A stretch of 64,000 bases of DNA from a virus: positions 22,115 through 86,114 of IMG/VR virus record IMGVR_UViG_3300022562_001969; one strand, 5' to 3'. This document shows, piece after piece, positions 45,070 through 55,198 of this stretch (positions are counted from its first letter, which is position 1; each line of letters begins with the position of its first letter). The notes beneath the pieces were generated by a model. That model was not told the origin of the DNA. It did no database searches and saw nothing but the letters and a program-made list of their open reading frames with translations. Made by a program: the position numbers and the translations under genes.

Positions 45070-47355
45070 TTATTTATTTAGCCCATCGGTCGGCGCGACT
45101 CCCCAATAGGGGTGGCTGGGCAGGCTCTTGGCAAATGCGTTAGCCGCCTGAGCAAATGGCGCTACTTCAGGCCGGGCGGACTTGACCGCTTCGACAATCG
45201 CGGTTTCCGGGTCGGTGGTTTCGGTCTCTTTGGTGTCCGTAATGGTCGGCGCTTGTTGGCTGGCCCGGTAGCCGTTTTGGCTGGCCCTGGGTTGGGTTCC
45301 TTCTAAGGACCGCAGCCGCTGGTCCAAAGTTTCAGTTGATTGGCGGGCGTTTTTTTGGCTGGCCTCAATCATCCCGGTCAGGGCGGCGATAGCCTGGTCG
45401 TGCTTTTCCAGCATGCCCATAATGCGCTTGAGCAATTCGGCCACATCCCCTTCCTCGACCATCGTCTGGCCTTCCTCGGCCAGTGCCTCTCCCTCGGCCA
45501 TCATCGCCTCTCCTTCACCAGCCGCTTTTTCAGTCGCGCCTTTCTGGGCGACGGGTGGTGAGGACGCGGGAGGGGTGGTTGCCGTTAGTGATTTGATGGC
45601 TTGATCGTGCGCTTCCATCATGGTCATCATCCGCTCCAATAGCGCTCTGCTCTCGCTGCCGGTCTGGGCGGCCTTTGTGGCTTCGGCCTCGGCTTCAGCC
45701 TGAGCGGCTTCGTGTTCCTTCAGTAACAGGGAATATTCCAACAGTTCGTCGCCGGTCATATTCTCTAAATCGCGTTGGCTTTTGTACACAAAGCCGGCCT
45801 GTTGGGCGCTTTTATCGGTGGCGCTAATGTCCCCCAACAGTTTGGCCGCCTCTGCCGGACCAACCAGGTTGATAAATTCCTTAATTTTATCGGTGTTCAT
45901 AACAGTCTCCTTTACCGTAAATAACGAGGTAAAAATATTTGCCGCTTTTTCTACGGGTAATAAACTTCGTTCAAAGATCGAAATAATATTGAATGTCCCA
46001 TCTGGCCCCGGTTCGTAAGCCGGATGTTTAAACCCAATCGAGCCCCCCAGTTTGGCCGCTTTTTGAGCGGCAATTTCTCCCACCCGCTCGTTAATAAAAT
46101 TGCCTGATTCCACGAGCATCCGCCCGTAAACCATCCCGAAATCGGTCTGGCCGATTTTGATCGGCGTATGCCACCACAAAAGAGGCCCGTGTTCTCCGCT
46201 GGCGTCCAGTTGGGCCACCGCCTGCTTCAGCGCCTGGGTGGAGACGATTTCACCGTCTCGATCCCGGTAGGCGGACGACGAAACCATCACCCATCTGTAC
46301 CGGCCGTTACTGTCCTTAAAAACGATCAAGCCGGGCCTTAATGACTTGGCGGCCAGCAAACTGTCCAGATCGTTTTTCGGGATGATCAGCGCCCTGGCCA
46401 GGGCCAATAAGAGCCGGTCGCTCGGGGTCGTTATTTCGCCCCGTTCGATTTGGCCCAGGGCGCTGGGGGAACAACCCACCACGTTGGCCAGCCGGGGCAA
46501 TGACCAGCCTTTGGCCTGTCGTCGTTGGCGCAGATAGTTCCCCAGGGGGCTGCCGGGCCCGGTCGCTTTTTTCTTTTTGCCCAGGCCGGCGACGCTGAAT
46601 AGACCACCGGGGCCGTGAGCATAGCCGCCCCCATCAACCCCGCTAGTTCCTTTTTCATCCACTTGCCAGGCGGCCGGCAGTTTTTCCATGAAGCTCGGCC
46701 CTTTGCGCCTGGCAATTCGGGTCAGGCGACGTTGGAAATCCTCAAAGGTAAACCCGCTATCCCTGACCGCCGAGGCCCGGCCCCAGGCTCTGACCGCCGC
46801 TTCTACATCCGCCGGCTGGCGGATGGGAAAGGAGCGCGTTTCCGGGAAAACGAAGTCGCTGTTAGCCAGCTCATCCCGGACAGCGCTTGATATTTCCCGT
46901 TTCAGACGAGTATTGTTATTCATAGGCGTCTCTTTTCCGGTTTTCAGACCGAGGCGTTTTCTGGCCGCCGCAACCCATTCGTCCCGGGCGGCCAGGCGGC
47001 TCTTATTGGCGGCGGCTAAACTGGCCAACCGTTCCCGCGAGGCGGCGATATCGGGCAGCCATTGGTCGCAGGTATATTCCGGGTCATAGGTGAAATCGAA
47101 CTTTTGACAGTGGTTGGTTGGGTTGGCCCCAAAACGACAGTCACCACAAATCTGGGTGGAGGCCGGCCCGGCCGGCCGGTAGTTGGCCTGGTCGATAGCC
47201 GTCTCGTCACTGGCTCGCAGGGTTTCCTTGACAATGGCGCTGCGGCAGATAGCGATGGCGGCGCTTTTATCGCGCCCGGTGGCCATCACCGCCGTCACGC
47301 AACGGTCGATTTTCTTTTCCTGTTCGCTCCCGGCCGGGATGCCCGGATACGGCAT
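45070..47355 (-). CDS. Capsid maturation protease/scaffold with inserted XRE-HTH
   Basis: SSAYRDRDGEIV...LLWWH...GSIGF protease core; C-terminal coils; HTH LRQRRQAKGWSLPRLA...IERGE. Confidence 0.8.
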   Translation of the reverse strand: MPYPGIPAGSEQEKKIDRCVTAVMATGRDKSAAIAICRSAIVKETLRASDETAIDQANYRPAGPASTQICGDCRFGANPTNHCQKFDFTYDPEYTCDQWLPDIAASRERLASLAAANKSRLAARDEWVAAARKRLGLKTGKETPMNNNTRLKREISSAVRDELANSDFVFPETRSFPIRQPADVEAAVRAWGRASAVRDSGFTFEDFQRRLTRIARRKGPSFMEKLPAAWQVDEKGTSGVDGGGYAHGPGGLFSVAGLGKKKKATGPGSPLGNYLRQRRQAKGWSLPRLANVVGCSPSALGQIERGEITTPSDRLLLALARALIIPKNDLDSLLAAKSLRPGLIVFKDSNGRYRWVMVSSSAYRDRDGEIVSTQALKQAVAQLDASGEHGPLLWWHTPIKIGQTDFGMVYGRMLVESGNFINERVGEIAAQKAAKLGGSIGFKHPAYEPGPDGTFNIISIFERSLLPVEKAANIFTSLFTVKETVMNTDKIKEFINLVGPAEAAKLLGDISATDKSAQQAGFVYKSQRDLENMTGDELLEYSLLLKEHEAAQAEAEAEATKAAQTGSESRALLERMMTMMEAHDQAIKSLTATTPPASSPPVAQKGATEKAAGEGEAMMAEGEALAEEGQTMVEEGDVAELLKRIMGMLEKHDQAIAALTGMIEASQKNARQSTETLDQRLRSLEGTQPRASQNGYRASQQAPTITDTKETETTDPETAIVEAVKSARPEVAPFAQAANAFAKSLPSHPYWGVAPTDGLNK

Positions 47356-48326
47356 TAAAAGGCCTCCTTGCGCCAGCGCCATGCGCTCCCAATGATGGCG
47401 TTTAAATCGTGGCGCGGTCGCCAACTCAGCCAGCGCCGGGTTATTTCGTAATCAGCCACCAGCCGGTCAGGATCGCCGGGGCGACGCGCCCCTACCCGGC
47501 AGGGAATATGCCGGCCGGTCACGCTACTGGCGGCGGCAATAATCTCCCGGACGCTATAGCCCTGTCCACTGCCCAAATTAAAAACCGGGGATAATGGCTT
47601 TTTATCACGTAGGACGTTCAACGCCAGCAAATGGGCTTCGGCCAGGTCGCTGACGTGAATGTAGTCGCGAATACAGGTTCCATCCGGGGTGGCGTAATTG
47701 TCGCCGTAGATGATTAGCTCCGGCCGCCGGCCCAGGGCCACATCCAATACCAGGGGCAGCAGGTGGGTTTCCTGAGCCCGGTTCTCGCCTCGCTGGCTGG
47801 TGGCGCCGGCGGCGTTGAAATAGCGCAGGCTAACGCTGGGTAACCCTTTGTGTTGGCGCAGCCAGCGCAGCATACGCTCGATATAATATTTGCTTTCGCC
47901 GTAAGGGGAGCCGGGGTCAATCCGGTCAGTAATGGTGATCGGTTTTTCCTGGGGGGCGTAGACATTAGCGCTGGAAGAGAAAATGAAGGGGAGCCGTTTT
48001 TCCTGGGCAAATTCAAGCAGGCTGGCCGCCATCATGACATTTTCCCGGAGATAGGCCAACGGTTGCCGGGCCGCCTCGCAGATCAGCGTCCGCGAGGCCA
48101 GGTGAATGATGGCTTCGACTTCGTGGGGATCAATGAAATGTTGTAGCGCTTCCTTAGCGCCGGTCGCAGCCAGGTCTATTTTGATGAATGTAGCCTGCGG
48201 GTTGATGGCGTTGAGATTGCCGGTAGAGAGGTTGTCCACGACGATCACTGTTTCGCCCGTCTCTACCAACCGGTCCACGATCACGCTACCTATATAGCCG
48301 GCTCCGCCGGTCACCAAAATGGTCAT
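47355..48326 (-). CDS. galE: UDP-glucose 4-epimerase
   Basis: VTGGAGYIGS, YGESK, LRYFNAAGA, DGTCIRDYIHV, RRPGDP. Confidence 0.93.
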   Translation of the reverse strand: MTILVTGGAGYIGSVIVDRLVETGETVIVVDNLSTGNLNAINPQATFIKIDLAATGAKEALQHFIDPHEVEAIIHLASRTLICEAARQPLAYLRENVMMAASLLEFAQEKRLPFIFSSSANVYAPQEKPITITDRIDPGSPYGESKYYIERMLRWLRQHKGLPSVSLRYFNAAGATSQRGENRAQETHLLPLVLDVALGRRPELIIYGDNYATPDGTCIRDYIHVSDLAEAHLLALNVLRDKKPLSPVFNLGSGQGYSVREIIAAASSVTGRHIPCRVGARRPGDPDRLVADYEITRRWLSWRPRHDLNAIIGSAWRWRKEAF

Positions 48327-48338
48327 AAATTTAAAACC

Positions 48339-48380
48339 AAAAAAGCGGCCTGCCATCTCATTGGATGACAAGCCGCTTTG
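48339..48380 (-). terminator. Intrinsic terminator in the 5' leader of galE/head genes
   Basis: AAAGCGGCTTGTCATC...GATGGCAGGCCGCTTTTTT. Confidence 0.65.
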
Positions 48381-48471
48381 GGCTATTCTCGTATTTATTT
48401 AGGCGGGTGGGTCGGTTCACCACCCTGAGCCGGATGTTCGCGCGCGAACATCCGATCTATATTATGATAAA

Positions 48472-48500
48472 ATCATAACAGGATTTCACATTCGAGTCAA
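48472..48500 (-). promoter_or_regulatory. Sigma-70 promoter upstream of galE/protease/capsid
   Basis: TTGACT-17-TATGAT with extended TG. Confidence 0.7.
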
Positions 48501-48649
48501 ATGTAGCGAGTTAAAAAACGGTTTCCCGCATATTCATCCTCTGGCGAATTCACTGATCACCCCCGGCGTAGCGGTGTCAAAACCGACTACATCTAGCATT
48601 CCCGGATCAGCCGGATCAGCCACGGTTGTCAATTATCAATTGTCAATTA

Positions 48650-48880
48650 CTAAACTTCCCCCCCGCTCCCCGGTCCCTCCCCCTCCAACAGGCGGGCGAA
48701 AATGTCTTTTGGATATAGCTTCACCACCTGCAGCTCTTCCCGGCCCACGCAATTCCCATGCGCGTCAAAATAGGCGACCAGGGTCACCTTTTTGCAAGCG
48801 CCGCCCCCTACGGCCGCTTGCAGCGCGTTCACTAAATGCCAGATGCTATTTTGCCGTGATGGTAATTTTGCGATGGCCAT
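48650..48880 (-). CDS. Hypothetical protein
   Basis: ORF in the operon direction. Confidence 0.5.
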   Translation of the reverse strand: MAIAKLPSRQNSIWHLVNALQAAVGGGACKKVTLVAYFDAHGNCVGREELQVVKLYPKDIFARLLEGEGPGSGGEV

Positions 48881-48890
48881 TGATTATTGC

Positions 48891-49370
48891 TCACCCCAAT
48901 TCGGCCAGGATAGCCCGGTCAATAATGCCCGGCAGCAGGGCGTTCCATTTGTCGGCGATCAACTGGTCGAATTTCCGGGCTTTGGTCCCCGGATGTTGCA
49001 CGCCCAACGAATAGACAGTGGGACCGTATTTCCCCCCGGCCTGCGAGCCAATGGTCCCGACGACCGTCTTGGCTCTGTAGTTAGCCTGGAAGACCAGGCG
49101 CGAGGCTACCCGGGGTAAAATAGGATGGGGGCGGGTGCCGTCATTGACAAATGTATACCGGTCATCAGTGATAAAAATCTCGGCCTCGGCGTCGCCTATC
49201 AGTTTGATTTGTACCTCTGGCCGCTTATTCCAGGTCTGGGTAGTGGTGTCAAAATCAACCTTAATATCTTTTGCCCTGGCGGTGCGCACGTTTGAGAGCA
49301 TGCGCCGGAAGGACGCCTCGTTAAATAGTCCGCCCGGTATCTGGATCGCCTCTATCCCAATCTTAGTCAT
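48891..49370 (-). CDS. Neck / tail-completion protein (HK97 gp10-like)
   Basis: YTFVNDGTRPHPI...VQHPGTKAR. Confidence 0.8.
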   Translation of the reverse strand: MTKIGIEAIQIPGGLFNEASFRRMLSNVRTARAKDIKVDFDTTTQTWNKRPEVQIKLIGDAEAEIFITDDRYTFVNDGTRPHPILPRVASRLVFQANYRAKTVVGTIGSQAGGKYGPTVYSLGVQHPGTKARKFDQLIADKWNALLPGIIDRAILAELG

Positions 49371-49589
49371 TATCCTGTGTTCCTATCCGGGAGGGGATGC
49401 CGCCCCGGTTTCTGTGAGTATGCCAATAAGCCGCCCAGCGCTGCCGTTGGCGGCCACAGACACGCACACAAATACAGTCCCGCCGGCAAATATGCGCCGT
49501 GCCACTGACAAACTGGAGCGTGTTTCCGATTTTTGACTGTTTGCTCATCTTTAGTCATTGACAATTGACAATTGATAATTGACAATTCC

Positions 49590-50195
49590 TTATAGTAATG
49601 CGCCGCCCCGGATTCTGACCGGATACCATTGCGCGCCCCGCTCGATGCAGGTCTGGCAACTATCCCGGGCGTGGCGTTCCCAATAGGCGTCATAGTCTCC
49701 CTGTTCGGCGTCCAGGGTTTCCACTCGCCAGCCACATAGACAATTCGACAAACATTGCGTTCCCTCGGCCGGCATGGCCGGCAAGGGCAACACCCGGCCC
49801 ACCTGGCGAATGATATCGCCGTGCCAATAGGCCGCCTTGATGGCGCTGCCGTACATCCGGGCCCGGGCGGCGTAACCTTCTAGCCAATCCGTCCCCCGGA
49901 TGTCGGCGGCGAAATTTTCCAGGAAGGCCAGTTGGATCGCGACCAGGCGTTGGACAGTCGCGCTCAACTCGGCCAAATCGGCCCCGTCTGCGCCTACCTC
50001 GGCCGCCTCCTGGTGGAATTTATCAATGATACCCGTCATTTCCCGTTGCCACTCGTCCGGCGTCAGTAACTCCAACGAGATCAGGGTGGAAACGTTGTCA
50101 ATCTGGGCAATTGCCCGCTCAATCACCGCTCGCAGATCGGCCGGCAAGGCGCTTAAATCAAGCATTTTTAACCGCCTTCTGGCGTTGGTGGTCAT
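49590..50195 (-). CDS. Minor head morphogenesis protein (gpF-like)
   Basis: ARARMYG, PAEGTQCLSNCLC, SCQTC. Confidence 0.7.
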   Translation of the reverse strand: MTTNARRRLKMLDLSALPADLRAVIERAIAQIDNVSTLISLELLTPDEWQREMTGIIDKFHQEAAEVGADGADLAELSATVQRLVAIQLAFLENFAADIRGTDWLEGYAARARMYGSAIKAAYWHGDIIRQVGRVLPLPAMPAEGTQCLSNCLCGWRVETLDAEQGDYDAYWERHARDSCQTCIERGAQWYPVRIRGGALL

Positions 50196-50856
50196 TATAT
50201 CCTCTCAAATCGCTGGCGTTGGTCAAATGAAAATAATCGTCACAGGCCACTACCGATACCGTGGTCCCGTCCGCGATCATGGCGTTAATGGCCGACTGGA
50301 TCTCTAATTCCCCCCGGGCTGATTTTTCCACCCCGGCCAGATAGTCAAAGATGAAAGGGGGGAGTTTGTAGAGCATGAGACTGGTCATTGATGAGGTGGG
50401 GTAGGCGGGTTTTTCGGCGATCCCCGCAATTTTGCGCCCCTGATAACTGATAGTACTCTGGTGGCGGCCTGGCCACCGTTCCCGCTTACCGCTCAAAACA
50501 ATTTGGGCCGGGCACGCCATCACCGCCCGGATGTGGTCAGCCGGGAAGAGGCTGTCACAGCCCAATAGCAAGAAGGGGCTGGCCATCCCCCCCACCTGGG
50601 CCAGGGCGTCCGCCGTCCCCAGGGGAGTTTCCTGGACGGCCGCCTGCACCCTCGCGCCGCTGGGGGCGTAAATATGAGCGGCCAATGAATAGCCGTTGGT
50701 GACGGCAATAATATCGCTGACGCCTGCCTGAAGCAGGCTGTCCACGACGCGCCAGAAGATAGGCCGCCCCGCCACCATAACCATCGCCTTGGGGCGATCA
50801 TCGGTTAAGGGGGCCAGACGGCTCCCCCGGCCGGCGGCTAATATAATTGCTTGCAT
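50158..50856 (-). CDS. Sugar-phosphate nucleotidyltransferase
   Basis: AIILAAGRGSRLAPLTDDRPK, PLGTADA, KSARGELEI. Confidence 0.92.
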   Translation of the reverse strand: MQAIILAAGRGSRLAPLTDDRPKAMVMVAGRPIFWRVVDSLLQAGVSDIIAVTNGYSLAAHIYAPSGARVQAAVQETPLGTADALAQVGGMASPFLLLGCDSLFPADHIRAVMACPAQIVLSGKRERWPGRHQSTISYQGRKIAGIAEKPAYPTSSMTSLMLYKLPPFIFDYLAGVEKSARGELEIQSAINAMIADGTTVSVVACDDYFHLTNASDLRGYNDHQRQKAVKNA

Positions 50857-51845
50857 ACGCTACCCTCCATTTCAAAGCGGAAAGGCAATTCCGGCCCATA
50901 GGGCCGCATCGCCTCAGCCACGGCCGGATAGGTTTCCCCCGGACAGTATAGGAGGAGATAGCCGCCGCCACCGGCCCCGCAGACCTTTCCCCCGGTCGCT
51001 CCGGCGGCCAGCCCGGCTTCATACATCTCATCAATCACGGGGTTCGTAATCCGGTCGGCCAATGTCCGCTTGAGCCGCCACGATTCATTGAGGAGCGGCC
51101 CCAGCTCATCAAACCGCCGCCGGATCAAGCAATCCATAGCCCGTTCCGCCAGTGCCTTCAACGTCCCCAGGGCGACCAGGTTGGCGCCGTTGCGTTGCGC
51201 CTGGCGCTGTAGTAAGCGCTGGCTATCCCGTCTGGCCCCGGCGATGGCGAATAGTTTCAGCTTGTCTTGCCAGCGCCCAACCGGGCAGCCAAAGTCGTAC
51301 AGCAGTGAGCGCACCGTAATTTCGTCGCGCTCAAAGCTGATCAGATTGAGACCGCCATAGGCGACCGCGATCTGGTCCTGGCGGCCGGGCGTTTTTTGCA
51401 GGATGTCCACCTCAATTTGAGCCGCCAGCCGTTGCAGTTCAAATGACAGCCGCCCCGGTTCTGTCTGCCAGTCCTGTACTACGCCGGCGTAATGAGCCAG
51501 GGCGTGCAACGCGCCCACGGTGACGGCGCTGGATGAGGCCAGGCCGGAGCCGTGGCCGGGCACGTCGGCCAGGGTGATAATTTCGACGCCCTGGGTTACG
51601 CCCAGCAGCTTTAACGCCTCCCGGATCAGGTCGTGTTGTAGTTCGTCCGGGCTGGTGACATTTTCTGTCTGGGTATAGCTCACCCGGATGGTCCGGTCGT
51701 GGCGTTCCTTGACCATCACGTAGACATATTTGTCAATTGAGGCGCTCAGGCAGCGGCCGCCGTGATCGTTGTAGTACGAGGGGAAGTCGGTCCCGCCCCC
51801 CAGCAGGCTGACCCGCAGGGGGGTGCGTGATAAATACATCCTCAT
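50838..51845 (-). CDS. GHMP sugar kinase (HddA-like heptose-phosphate kinase family)
   Basis: PLRVSLLGGGTD, GSGLASSS, GRQDQ, GGKVCGAGGGG. Confidence 0.92.
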   Translation of the reverse strand: MRMYLSRTPLRVSLLGGGTDFPSYYNDHGGRCLSASIDKYVYVMVKERHDRTIRVSYTQTENVTSPDELQHDLIREALKLLGVTQGVEIITLADVPGHGSGLASSSAVTVGALHALAHYAGVVQDWQTEPGRLSFELQRLAAQIEVDILQKTPGRQDQIAVAYGGLNLISFERDEITVRSLLYDFGCPVGRWQDKLKLFAIAGARRDSQRLLQRQAQRNGANLVALGTLKALAERAMDCLIRRRFDELGPLLNESWRLKRTLADRITNPVIDEMYEAGLAAGATGGKVCGAGGGGYLLLYCPGETYPAVAEAMRPYGPELPFRFEMEGSVCKQLY

Positions 51846-52044
51846 CAGTTCTCCAGGTAAATTGTCAATTATCAATTGTCAATTATCAATTACTAATATC
51901 CAATTACCACAAGTTATAAAATCCTTATTCCTAAGCTCTTTCTCAATTGCCCTTCCCCCTGAGCGACCGGGCCACCAATCGGCGACCCGGCCGCCCGAAG
52001 AAAGGAGGATCGAGCGCCCCGCCCGGGCTGACAGGCGAGGCGAG

Positions 52045-52116
52045 TAGCGGGAGGCGGACTCGAACCGCCACTCTCCAGGGTATGAACCTGGCGCCTTTCC
52101 TTTTGGCTATCCCGCA
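52045..52116 (-). tRNA. tRNA-Met (CAT), possibly initiator type
   Basis: GCGGGA/TCCCGC acceptor stem with 1:72 mismatch, CCAGG-TTCATAC-CCTGG anticodon arm, GGTTCGAGTCC T-arm; CCA not encoded. Confidence 0.9.
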
Positions 52117-52149
52117 ATAAAGACCGGCTGCCCGGTCGGCCTATCCGCT

Positions 52150-53628
52150 TCAATTGGTCTCTGCCTTACGCGCTAAAAATTGGCCGATGTCGGCCAGCAA
52201 GGTTTCCATTTCAGGCGAGCGACTGCCGGTTCCCGTCGCCTCCCCCGGCGCTTCCGGGCCGGCCGCGGCCGCTTCCAGCTCATCCGGCGGCATACTTTCC
52301 GCCAGTAATTTGTCATCATCGCGAACCACATCCCCCCCGGTCTCATCATGCTCAAGGAATTCGCGGGGCAGATCGCCCTGGTCTACCGCCAGGTTGCGGG
52401 CCTGCTCCGGGGTGATCTCGCCACTCTCAATTTGGGTTTGGCGCGTTTCGGCCCGGGTCTTCTGAATCCCGGCCTCAGTTTCTTGCTCTTCGGGGCTCGG
52501 ATCGGAGAAGGTGAAGAGAACGTTGGCGCTCAGGGCCAGTTCGTTCAGGGCGTGGCCGAATTGGGCCATCCAGGCCGATAAACCGCGCCCCCTTTGCTTA
52601 CGCGCCAGGACCACGCTCTGATTGCCGGTCGAGCCCAATCCTTGCCGCCCGACCAGAGCCGGATTCAGGTCCTGGGGATCGAGGCCAATGGCGTTGGCGT
52701 AATTCAGGTCGGCCCGCTCGCGCTCCTGAGTGGCGTCAAACCCGTCCGGCAATTCCGCCAGGGGGATGGTTACCAGGTTCAGGGGCACGTCCCCAAGCAC
52801 CGGCTGAATGGTTGCGCCCATAAAGGAACTGACCCCGCGCCGGTCGGCGTCCAGTTGGCTCCCCTGAATGGCGTCGCGGATTGATTTGCTGGTTGCGCCC
52901 CCCAAAAAATAGATTGCCTGGGGCCGCCGCCCCGAAACCTTTTCGTAGACATAGCTCTCAATGGCCGCCATTAAGGCGATTTTCTTGTAAGCGCGTTCAG
53001 CGGCCCCCATTGAAATACCCAGTTCCCCCTCGGTCGGGTCGGGCATATCAATGATGGGAATTACCTGGTGCCAACTAAGCCGCCGCACACCATCGCCGCC
53101 CTGGTAGTTGACCGGATATTGAGGGTCGCCCGTCAGCCGGCAGCGTAGCGGGTTCAGATGGTGGATGTTGATCACCTTGGAGCCGTTGGCCGGAGAGGCC
53201 CGTTCGATCTCAATGAAGGCCCGCCCCAGGGCCAGATAGGCCCCCAGGTGCATCGACAGGAACGGGACCCAGCCAAAGATGCCCATCCCGGCCCCGGCGT
53301 TCAACAGCCAGCTTTGCGTCCATTTGATCACCATTGGCCTGTTTCCTTCCAAGGCCCAGTTGAGAGAGGCCATTTTGGCGATGGCGATCCCAATGGCGTT
53401 GGCCCATTGGCCCTCATGGCGCGGCGCGGATAACAACAGCCGGTCCCGGCCGGTGTTGTAGCCATACAGGTCGTTATAGTCGGGCAATTCGGGGGGAAGC
53501 GCGCCGTGGCTGTAATAGGGGATGATAAATTGCACATAGCCCCCCCCGCTATCATCCTTTTTGACGCTATATTCAAGTTGTCTTTTTTGATCCAAATTGT
53601 CTTCAACGACCAACTTTGTGTTTGGCAT
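52150..53628 (-). CDS. Portal protein
   Basis: Follows the terminase; GRAFIEIER, HLNPLRC, GEITPEQAR. Confidence 0.88.
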   Translation of the reverse strand: MPNTKLVVEDNLDQKRQLEYSVKKDDSGGGYVQFIIPYYSHGALPPELPDYNDLYGYNTGRDRLLLSAPRHEGQWANAIGIAIAKMASLNWALEGNRPMVIKWTQSWLLNAGAGMGIFGWVPFLSMHLGAYLALGRAFIEIERASPANGSKVINIHHLNPLRCRLTGDPQYPVNYQGGDGVRRLSWHQVIPIIDMPDPTEGELGISMGAAERAYKKIALMAAIESYVYEKVSGRRPQAIYFLGGATSKSIRDAIQGSQLDADRRGVSSFMGATIQPVLGDVPLNLVTIPLAELPDGFDATQERERADLNYANAIGLDPQDLNPALVGRQGLGSTGNQSVVLARKQRGRGLSAWMAQFGHALNELALSANVLFTFSDPSPEEQETEAGIQKTRAETRQTQIESGEITPEQARNLAVDQGDLPREFLEHDETGGDVVRDDDKLLAESMPPDELEAAAAGPEAPGEATGTGSRSPEMETLLADIGQFLARKAETN

Positions 53629-53863
53629 TTCGCTCCTCTTTTTCGGCCAGCAGATCTCTAATGAAAATGATCAGCTTGCCCAGGGCTTCTTTATTTTCGT
53701 CTGTGGCCCGTTTATGCTCTGCCGCCAGCATTTTGGCGATGATCACCAACTCAGCCGGCTTTTTCTGGCGCAGCGTGGCGACGGTGTAGGCCGGTTTGCC
53801 CGGCCGGATGGCCACCGGGCGCGGTTTCGGTTTTAATAAGCGCGGTTTGATTTTTCTTTTCAT
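53603..53863 (-). CDS. Hypothetical basic protein
   Basis: Between terminase and portal. Confidence 0.5.
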   Translation of the reverse strand: MKRKIKPRLLKPKPRPVAIRPGKPAYTVATLRQKKPAELVIIAKMLAAEHKRATDENKEALGKLIIFIRDLLAEKEERNAKHKVGR

Positions 53864-53866
53864 TGC

Positions 53867-55198
53867 TTAATCATAAGCCTCATAGCGCAAACACCAGGCC
53901 AAATAACGGGCCTCATCCGGGCCGTGGTCAAATTGTTTCAGGGGGGTTTCGTTGGGGCCGTAGCTGTAGGCGCTCATCTCGGCCCGGAAATGGCGGCAGC
54001 GGGGATGGACCCGCAATCGCCGCCAACCGTTTTTGTCTGGCGCGATCCAACTGCGTAAATTTTTGATCCCCTCGTCCACCGCATGCGTCGCTTTGCGGCT
54101 GGCAATGCCGGCCCCCTGCAAGCGGCCCCGCAGTTGGGCGGCGCTGCTGTCAATGGCGGCGAATTCAGGCAGGGGATAGCCCAGGTCTACCACTTCATCA
54201 ATTTGCGCTTCTTCCAGCATCTTGACCGCGTAATGTTCGTCGAAGCGGCAGAGTTGGCCGTCCGGCCGCAATTGGTAGAGGCCAAAGACACGCGGGTGGG
54301 CGTCGGCGGCGTAGGTGTTGGTGGTCGGGTCAATACCATTACTGAAGCGCGATCCGGCGCTATAGCCATCGTCCACCCCCCAATAAACCGGCCCCCCACC
54401 GGCTATATAGTCGGCCGCCTCGGTCACGTTCCCCTCCGCGTCGCCATCCAGCCAGACTTCATAGATTAGTCCCTCCGCTTTGACCCACAGCCCCACGGCC
54501 AGCCGTTGCCTATCGACGCCGGTCAGCATTGCCAGTGTGTCCAGATAGTCGGCCGGATTGTATTTGTTATCGGCCGCCCCGGAATAGTAGACGTTGGCCT
54601 CGCCGTTCAGGATCAGCCGGGTATTGATCCAGTGCAGGGGGCTGTCCGGGTTGCAGGCCAGGATGATCTGCCGCCAATCGGCCGCCCGGCCGCGCATCCT
54701 GGCCAGGACGGCGTTAAAGTCGGCCTCGGTGAATTCGGTCGCCTCTTCCATAAAGGCGATATCGACCCCCCCCCGCCGGCCAATCGAGCGTAGCCGTTGC
54801 AGATGTTTGCTATTTTCCAGGCCGATATAGGCCACAATGGAGCCGTTGCCATATTCAAAGCGCGATTTGCTGGGGAAATGCCGCGCCCCGGTTAGAAAGC
54901 TCTGGGTCTGGTCCAGGGCTACCTCGTCCTCGAAAAAGAGGCTGGTGCCACTGGTCATTGAGTCTTTGACTTTTCTGATGAGCAAAGCAAAAGCGCCCGG
55001 ATATTTCAGACAATAGCCGTTGATTTTTTCCATGGCCAGATGGGATTTGCCGCCGCCGGCGCTGCCGGTCAGCAGCAGCAGCGGGCTTTTATCTCGCCAG
55101 GGGGCGACCTGCCAGGGTAATGGCTCAAACACCTTGATCGGTTTGGGGCGCCCGCTGACGACCCCGTTAAGAATTGTCTGTGTCGTCGTCCCAATCAT
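53867..55198 (-). CDS. terL: Terminase large subunit (PBSX-like)
   Basis: GSAGGGKS, FMEEATE, ACNP, DHGPDEARY. Confidence 0.95.
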   Translation of the reverse strand: MIGTTTQTILNGVVSGRPKPIKVFEPLPWQVAPWRDKSPLLLLTGSAGGGKSHLAMEKINGYCLKYPGAFALLIRKVKDSMTSGTSLFFEDEVALDQTQSFLTGARHFPSKSRFEYGNGSIVAYIGLENSKHLQRLRSIGRRGGVDIAFMEEATEFTEADFNAVLARMRGRAADWRQIILACNPDSPLHWINTRLILNGEANVYYSGAADNKYNPADYLDTLAMLTGVDRQRLAVGLWVKAEGLIYEVWLDGDAEGNVTEAADYIAGGGPVYWGVDDGYSAGSRFSNGIDPTTNTYAADAHPRVFGLYQLRPDGQLCRFDEHYAVKMLEEAQIDEVVDLGYPLPEFAAIDSSAAQLRGRLQGAGIASRKATHAVDEGIKNLRSWIAPDKNGWRRLRVHPRCRHFRAEMSAYSYGPNETPLKQFDHGPDEARYLAWCLRYEAYD

